From: Gammaproteobacteria bacterium
Lineage (GTDB): Bacteria; Pseudomonadota; Gammaproteobacteria; Eutrophobiales; Eutrophobiaceae
Direction of reading: 5' to 3'
DNA length: 64,000 bases
Assembly: GCA_003250975.1 (NCBI GenBank)
Contig: QKIY01000033.1
Location: 14,086 to 78,085, forward strand
Shown here: in pieces, positions 61,546-64,000 of the stretch
How the letters are laid out: each line of letters opens with the position of its first letter
Position numbering within the stretch: position 1 is the first letter of the stretch
The notes under the pieces: generated by a model
Seen by the model: only the letters and a program-made list of their open reading frames with translations
Told to the model about the DNA's origin: nothing
Database searches by the model: none
Translations under genes and position numbers: made by a program

Positions 61546-62709
61546 TTACAAACGGCCCCGGTAATGGGAATAATCAAACTCTTTTTCCAGCCTTATGCGG
61601 CCAGACTCATCTAGGGCGTATATCGCCGGCAGGTTGATGCCATTGAACATGTTGGCCTTCACCATCATGTAGGCGCCAACATTGGCGATGATCACCTTGC
61701 TGCCGATTGTGAGCTCATGATCAAAGTAATAATCACCGAACAGGTCACCGCTCAGGCAACTCGCCCCTGCTATGCGGTAGCGATACTTGCCCTGACTTGA
61801 TTCCTGTAGCACCAGCGGCCGGTACTGGTATTCAAATACTTCCGGCAGGTGATTTATGGTTGTATCGACCACGGCAATGGTCCTGTCCCCGGATTCAAAC
61901 AGATCGATTACGCTTGCGACCAGGTAACCGGCCGTGCCGACTATTGCCTTGCCCGGTTCGAAAAAGACCTCGAGGTCATAGTCTTGCTGTAATTGCCTGA
62001 GCCTGTCGTCCAGGGGTGCAAGGTCAGATAATTGATCAAATAAATAACCCCCGCCTAGGTTAAGCCATTCGACGCGATGAAACAGTTCAGGATTGCTATT
62101 TATAAGCTGATCCATACTGGCCACCAGCTCGCCAAGGTCCCTTGATTCACAGTTACTGTGAATATGCAGGCCGCTAAGGCCAGCGGGGAGTGCCTTTCCA
62201 TCACCGAGCAGCGACATGGGGACCCCCAGCTTGGAGGCGGGGCGGCAAGGATCGTAGCGTTCATCGCCCGCAAACGATAGCGCTGGATTGACTCGCAGGC
62301 CGCAACGGAGATGGGCCAGGGCAAGATGATAATGATGCCACTGGGAGAGGGAATTAAAACTCACATAGCGGCAGTGTTTCGCGATCAGTTCGAGGTCCGC
62401 CGGCCGGATCCCGGGACTTGTCAGATGGATGCTGCCCCTGCCCCCCAGGACTTCATCTGCCAGGCGGCTTTCAAAGGCCGAACTGACCGAAAAACCGTCG
62501 ACAAACGCGGCGATTTCTGCAAGCAGGTCAGAAAAACTCAGTGCCTTGAGGGAATAAAGGATTCTACAGCCGCTTGCCTGCCTGAACGAGGCGAGGATCG
62601 CCAGTTTTTCCCTGATTGCCTTCTCATCATAGACAAAGGCCGGGGTCTTCAGGGCCGCATCATTCCAGAGCGCCAGCAAGTGGTCATTGAATTGCTGTGA
62701 AACGGTCAT
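61546..62709 (-). CDS. nspC: carboxynorspermidine decarboxylase-like fold-III PLP enzyme
   Basis: TPAFVYDE, YSLKA, HIHSNCE, NLGGG, EPG, CLSGD, YMMVKANMFNGINLP. Confidence 0.8.
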   Translation of the reverse strand: MTVSQQFNDHLLALWNDAALKTPAFVYDEKAIREKLAILASFRQASGCRILYSLKALSFSDLLAEIAAFVDGFSVSSAFESRLADEVLGGRGSIHLTSPGIRPADLELIAKHCRYVSFNSLSQWHHYHLALAHLRCGLRVNPALSFAGDERYDPCRPASKLGVPMSLLGDGKALPAGLSGLHIHSNCESRDLGELVASMDQLINSNPELFHRVEWLNLGGGYLFDQLSDLAPLDDRLRQLQQDYDLEVFFEPGKAIVGTAGYLVASVIDLFESGDRTIAVVDTTINHLPEVFEYQYRPLVLQESSQGKYRYRIAGASCLSGDLFGDYYFDHELTIGSKVIIANVGAYMMVKANMFNGINLPAIYALDESGRIRLEKEFDYSHYRGRL

Positions 62710-62823
62710 TTTAAAAACCTGATTGGAACTTTTTGGGGTATCTCCTGCCGGATAATTGACTGATAGGCAATCCGCCGGTTATGGTAGCCAAGCACGTTAA
62801 TACACCACTCAAGAAAAAGAAAC

Positions 62824-63261
62824 ATGAACTTATCAAGAATCAACACAACAGGCCAATGGATCTGTTTCACCATTGCTCTGTCATTGACAGGCCCGGCAAT
62901 TGCCGAAGAGGCTACCGACAGCCAGGAGGTGCCCGCCTACATAACGCCGGACCAGCTAAGTCGTGAAGACAGGATGATGTTGTCTGATTTCAGCAACCGC
63001 TATGAAACTTGTATGAACGAGACCTCGGTCGCACAACTACAAATCCAGGAAGATCCCCGGGATGTTGTCGACTATTCCATGAAGAAGTGTGCGGTTGAGT
63101 TGGAAAACCTGAACATGGAAATGACGGCGAGGAACTTCGACCCCAACTTCCGCCAAGGTTATATCCACCATGTTACCAATCACTCCGTCAACAAGACGCT
63201 GCGCATGGTAATGATCGGCATGGCCAACCGGCAGCAAACTCCAACACCACCAGTGGAATAA
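62824..63261 (+). CDS. secreted hypothetical protein
   Basis: Signal peptide ending AIA; helical-looking mature region with 2 Cys; Pro-rich tail. Confidence 0.65.
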   Translation: MNLSRINTTGQWICFTIALSLTGPAIAEEATDSQEVPAYITPDQLSREDRMMLSDFSNRYETCMNETSVAQLQIQEDPRDVVDYSMKKCAVELENLNMEMTARNFDPNFRQGYIHHVTNHSVNKTLRMVMIGMANRQQTPTPPVE

Positions 63262-63279
63262 GTCCCGCGCCGGAAGGGA

Positions 63280-63762
63280 TTATTTAAAACCTGAATAAAG
63301 GTAAGGCTCGAGTTCCTTCAGGGCCTTTTCGTAGACATGGCGCTTGAAGGCGACCACCTGATTCACCGGGTCCCAGTATTCAATCCAAGTGTATTCCTCG
63401 AATTCTGGTCGCTCCGCGAGGTCCAGCCGCACATTACTCTCGTCAGCAACCAGCCTGAGCAGATACCAGATCTGTTTCTGACCGATGCATACTGGGAAGG
63501 TGTTATGGCGGATAAAGCGTTTCGGTAACCAGTAGCGCAGCCAGTCATCGGTGCTGGCGATCACCTCCACATGCTCGGGCAGCAGGCCGATCTCCTCACG
63601 CAGTTCACGGTACATGGCCTCTTCTGCGTCTTCATTGGCCTTGATACCGCCCTGGGGAAATTGCCAGGCATCCATACCCTTGCGGCGGGCCCAGAACAGC
63701 CTGCCTTCCTTGTTATACAGCATGATGCCTACATTGGCGCGAAATCCTTCTGAATCAATCAT
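63280..63762 (-). CDS. rppH: RNA pyrophosphohydrolase
   Basis: MIDSEGFRANVG, WQFPQGG, RELREEIGL, CIGQKQIW; ATG 63762. Confidence 0.95.
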   Translation of the reverse strand: MIDSEGFRANVGIMLYNKEGRLFWARRKGMDAWQFPQGGIKANEDAEEAMYRELREEIGLLPEHVEVIASTDDWLRYWLPKRFIRHNTFPVCIGQKQIWYLLRLVADESNVRLDLAERPEFEEYTWIEYWDPVNQVVAFKRHVYEKALKELEPYLYSGFK

Positions 63763-63903
63763 ATAGCCTGGTATTTGCCTCTCGTCAGCCTTAATTTTTC
63801 CAAAAAAAAACAATCCCCGCAATTCAAGCGGGGAAAATTTTACCTTTATGCGCTTTGTGCCTAGACTAGCCGGCTTTGCAGCGCCTTTATTTAAGGATAG
63901 ACC

Positions 63904-64000
63904 ATGAAACTGGCCATATTTGACCTGGATAATACTCTGATCGCCGGTGACAGTGATTGCCTGTGGGGGGAATACCTCTGTGAACACGGTTACCAGGACC
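63904..64000 (+). CDS. HAD-IB phosphatase (SerB-like), 3' end outside the window
   Basis: [26 protein letters not shown]; divergent from rppH. Confidence 0.85.
   Translation, partial: MKLAIFDLDNTLIAGDSDCLWGEYLCEHGYQD

Overview
A gene-dense chromosomal segment from what looks like a gammaproteobacterium, inferred from gene content and order (aceE-aceF-lpdA, recJ-prfB-lysS, alaC-hom-thrC, nit-tldD, prmB/aroC, mutS-fdxA, rnfE-nth, mpl, rppH). About 62 CDS are supported, mostly housekeeping. I found no rRNA, tRNA, CRISPR array, integrase or transposase by eye. Notable modules: (1) a tight three-gene operon encoding a GCS2/glutamine-synthetase-fold carboxylate-amine ligase, an M14 (AstE/AspA-like) deacylase and a GlnD/GlnE/DUF294-like nucleotidyltransferase (53818-57256), which is my best candidate for an undescribed system; (2) a Nudix hydrolase and a YbfF/ABHD11 esterase translationally coupled to the pyruvate dehydrogenase operon, possibly a cofactor-repair module; (3) a complete MNIO (DUF692) RiPP cluster with an EGKCG-repeat precursor (oxazolin/bufferin type, a known class) without an adjacent ECF sigma factor; (4) a periplasmic redox block (SoxCD-like, TlpA, ceruloplasmin-like two-domain multicopper oxidase) between prmB and aroC; (5) smaller oddities: a 4-Cys insertion in ThrC, a degenerate ApgM-like gene after thrC, an orphan RnfE, a NasA-like remnant, and a His-rich lipoprotein with 21/42-bp tandem repeats. 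All family calls come from motif recognition by eye; no database searches were run.
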